Source: an uncultured Planctomycetaceae bacterium | Lineage (GTDB): Bacteria; Planctomycetota; Planctomycetia; Planctomycetales; Planctomycetaceae | Assembly: GCA_963815195.1 (NCBI GenBank) | Contig: CAWFGE010000012.1 | Coordinates: 704,001-768,000 of the forward strand | DNA: 64,000 bases | Direction of reading: 5' to 3' | In this document: one piece after another, positions 60,796 through 64,000 of the stretch | How the letters are laid out: each line of letters opens with the position of its first letter | How positions within the stretch are numbered: position 1 is the stretch's first letter | Program-made: the position numbers and the translations under genes | The notes under the pieces: model-generated | Database searches by the model: none | Told to the model about the DNA's origin: nothing | Seen by the model: only the letters and a program-made list of their open reading frames with translations

Positions 60796-61976
60796 TTTAT
60801 CCAGCGTTGTTTCTTGTCTTGGCGGCGGCTCCCCCTGCGGAAAAACCCGAGCCCAAGCCGCTTGTCATCCCCGCAAAAAGACACGCCGGCGACAATGCCC
60901 AGTCGGTTGCGATCTCGGCGGACGGCCGATACGTCGCGGCGGGGTTCGGCGGACCAAGCAATGGGCGTTTCCCTCTCAAGCCCAAGGGAGGCGGCGTTTT
61001 CGTCTGGGAGCGGGAAACGGGAAAGCCCATTTTCTCGCGGGGCGAATATGGGGATGTCGTCAAGGTTGGGTTTTCCGCGGACGGCCGATACCTCGCCTAC
61101 TCCCGCATCTACACGCCGGGCGATTCGGTCGAAGACGACGCCACCGTGGTGATCGATCTTCACTTGAAAAACGTGGTTCACCGCTGGAGGGCCGGGGCTT
61201 TTGCGATCTCTCCTGCGGAAGATCTCATGCTAATCGCCGGCCGCGAGATGGAGGTCTTCAATCTCAAAACCTTAAAGCCCGAACGGACTATTAATGTGCG
61301 CAGCGCGAGGGCGGTTGCGTTTTCGGCCGACGGAAAGTCCGCCGCGGCGGTGTGTTATTATTGGTCCAACAACCGCGGCTCGCCCACGGGACTGGCTGTC
61401 ATTCGCCCCAAAGAAGACAAGCCGCGTTTCCTGGTGAATGACGAATCGCTCCGGCAGGCTAGCGCGGTTGCCGTTTCCCCGGACGGCAAGCACATCGTCA
61501 CCGGGCACGTGGATGGCGTGGCGAAGATTTGGTCCGCTGAAAACCCCAAGAACCCCATACGGCTCGCGATCGACACGAACCTGGCCGTGTTTCCGTTCTT
61601 TGCCGACGGCGGAAAAACGCTGGTGCTGGCGACGCAGCCGGCGGGCGGCGTGCATTGGAACTACGACCGCGATGAAGCGTCGGGATTCGATTTCAAAAAG
61701 GAACAGACGCCGCCCTGGTCTTATCTGCACCGGTTCGATTTTCTATCGCAAAAGCCCCAGCGGGCCTGGCGGTTCGACGATGCTTCCTTCTCGACGTTTT
61801 ATGCACGCTTCGGCAGCGGGCGAAATTATCCGGAATACAACCCGGCCCGGTTCGCGGTGTCGAAAGACGGCAAATTTCTCGTCGCCGGCTGCAATGGATG
61901 CTCCGCCGTCGAGATGGCATCAGGAAAACTGGTGCAAGTTTTCGCGCCGCCCGATACCGCGTCTAAAACGGATTGA
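60792..61976 (+). CDS. Secreted WD40 / beta-propeller protein
   Basis: Signal peptide; repeats SVAISADGRYVA, VGFSADGRYLA, VAFSADGK, VAVSPDGKHIVTG..AKIW, FAVSKDGKFLV; ATGA overlap with the M81 gene. Confidence 0.85.
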   Translation: MIYPALFLVLAAAPPAEKPEPKPLVIPAKRHAGDNAQSVAISADGRYVAAGFGGPSNGRFPLKPKGGGVFVWERETGKPIFSRGEYGDVVKVGFSADGRYLAYSRIYTPGDSVEDDATVVIDLHLKNVVHRWRAGAFAISPAEDLMLIAGREMEVFNLKTLKPERTINVRSARAVAFSADGKSAAAVCYYWSNNRGSPTGLAVIRPKEDKPRFLVNDESLRQASAVAVSPDGKHIVTGHVDGVAKIWSAENPKNPIRLAIDTNLAVFPFFADGGKTLVLATQPAGGVHWNYDRDEASGFDFKKEQTPPWSYLHRFDFLSQKPQRAWRFDDASFSTFYARFGSGRNYPEYNPARFAVSKDGKFLVAGCNGCSAVEMASGKLVQVFAPPDTASKTD

Positions 61977-61986
61977 GCCGATTGGA

Positions 61987-64000
61987 CTACCGCACGAACA
62001 GGAACTGCTTGGAGTTCATCAGCGCCCAGAGCAGATCCTCGTAGAACTCCTTGGGGTTCGGGCTTTGCTTTAATAGCTCCCGGCTGGCGGCTTGTTCCTC
62101 ATCGCTGGGCAATCGACAGAGAGCCGCGAGGTATAGTTCCTCCACGATTTCCTCGTGCGGTTTTTTCGCTTTGAGCAGCATCGCCACCCGGCCGTTCGCG
62201 TCGGCGATTTTTCCTGCGAGGATGTCGCCATTCAAAGTGTGCAGTGCCTGGGCGAGGTTTTCATCCGGCATGCGTTCGCATTCGCAGACGCTGGCCCGCC
62301 GGGGTTTGGCGAACGTCGTCAAAAAGTAATTCGGATACTCCGCATCCGGCAGTTCGATCGCCCGCGTGCCCACGGGGAGGCTCTTGAACTTCGTCTGCTG
62401 CCCCGTCACGGCATCGACCGCATCCAAGAGCGGCTCGGCGGCGATTCGCTTCACGTGGTAATGGCTGTAGAACTTGGAGTCCGCCCGGTTCGCGGGCGTG
62501 GGCAAGCTGCTCAGCTGATACAGCCGCGACCGCATGATCGTGCGAACTAAGTGCTTGAGATCATAACCGCTGCCGATGAATTCTTTGGTGAGCGATTCAA
62601 GCAGTTCCTCGTTGCTCGGCGGATTGGTGGCCCGCATGTCGTCGATTGGCTCAACCAGACCTCGGCCGAGCAGATAGCCCACATAGCGGTTGACCACCGA
62701 GCGGGCGAACTGCGTGTTCTCTTTGGAAGTCAGCCACTGGGCGAGCGGAATCCGCAGGTCGAGATCATGCGTGACCGGCTTGCCTTCGAGCGGCGTAGGC
62801 TCCATGACTTGTCCCGTCCGTGGATGCCGAACGCTCCCGGAGGATTTCACAAGCACGACCGACTCCCGCCCGAACAGTCCGAAGTCTTCGCTGTTCTTCG
62901 TGCCAACGCGGGAAAAGAACGCCGCGAACCCGTAGTAATCGCCTTGGCTGTATTTCTCGAACGGATGGTGATGGCACTTCGCGCACCCGAGCCTGACGCC
63001 GAGGAATAACTGAGCGGTGGACTCCGCAAGGTCGGTCGCATTGCCGTTGATCCGGTAATAGTTGGCGGGGCCGTTGGAGTAGATCGAACCCTTGGCCGTC
63101 ACCAGTTCGCGGACGAACTCGTCGAACGGGCGGTTGGTGCGGAAGGATTCCTTGATCCAATTGTGGAGTGCCCACATGCCCTGCTCGCCCAGGGTCTGGC
63201 TTTTATTCCCCAAGAGGTCGGACCATTTGAGCGTCCAGGTCGCGGCGTACTGGTCGTTGTAAATATCTTTCGCCGGGTCGCCGGTCAGGCCCAGGAGTTG
63301 GTCGATGATCTTGTCCCGCTTGCCGGGGTCATTCGAGGCGATAAACTCGCGGGTTTGCTCGGGCGTGGGCAGCGTGCCGATGGCGTCCAAGAATGCCCGC
63401 CGGAGGAATGTCGCATCATCACACAAGGGAGACGGCTCGAGGCCCAGTTCCTGAAACTTGGCCGAGGCGAGTTCATCGACGAAGTTTTGATTCTTCCAGC
63501 CGGCGAGTTCGACGGACTCCGCAAAAGGCACCACGAAAGTCGCCATGTCCGCCTGCCCCATGAACCGCACCATCACCGCCGCCTGCCCGCGGCCGCTGGT
63601 CGAAGCGAGGCCTTCCGGAGTGATCTGGACCACGGCATCGTCGAGCGTGTCGAACTTCGCCCACGCGGTCACGTCCCGCGTGCGGCCGTCGCTGTAAGTC
63701 GCTTCCACGCGGAGTTGCTGCGAGTCTTTCGGCGTGCAAATCCGCCGCCGGGGCGTGACGCGAATCGCCGTCGCCTTGGCGGCGTCTTTCGTCGGCGCGG
63801 GGGCACCGTTTTTGAGCCAGGCCGCGAGGATCTGGTAATCGACCGAGTCCTTGTCCAACCGCTTCCCGCCGCCGTGGGGCACTTGCATCGTGGGTTTGAG
63901 GAGGAACAAGACTGCGGTCCCCATCCAAAAAATTCACCCGCCGGCCTTGGCGGTCCCGCACGATGGCTTCGCGGTCTTTGTCGGGCTCAAAGGCGAACAC
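61987..64000 (-). CDS. DUF1549 / DUF1553 protein with an Ig-like (Big_2) domain (5'-partial; frameshift near 63910)
   Basis: LLKPT..VPHGGG, QQLRVEATYSDG..RDVT, NFVDEL, DDATFLRRAFLD, CAKCHHHPFE, GRGLVEPIDD, LLWALMNSKQF. Confidence 0.88.

Overview
This is a GC-rich bacterial window that looks like a planctomycete genome (DUF1501 and DUF1549/DUF1553 cytochrome-c proteins, sulfatases, several Uma2 genes, many short palindromic repeats). From start to end it holds: tex (partial), a secreted GH5-like hydrolase, an esterase, a sulfatase/DUF1553/DUF1501 unit, truD, and a type II secretion/pilus-like cluster (12.2-29.0 kb). That cluster has a 'secretin' with many N-domains and an ExbD-like insert but no recognisable beta-barrel, a multi-domain GspM/PilO-Ig-GspC-like protein, and a divergent secreted RGG/EF-hand protein. 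Next come a second sulfatase, a beta-oxidation operon (ligase, thiolase, FadJ-type enzyme, acyl-CoA dehydrogenase, patatin), a heavily frameshifted DUF1553/DUF1501 pair, a ModE-like regulator and a prenyltransferase-repeat protein. A prkA/yeaG-yeaH-spoVR operon follows, with three Uma2 genes inserted in it and a strongly structured 5' leader. The window ends with floA, a TauE-family gene, an M81 peptidase, a WD40 protein and another DUF1549/1553 gene. Two MITE-like elements with terminal inverted repeats and target-site duplications, and at least four REP-like families, occupy intergenic space. About 15 or more single-base frameshifts are present and most likely reflect long-read assembly error. 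No rRNA, tRNA, CRISPR array or transposase was recognised. All family calls come from motif recognition by eye, not database searches.
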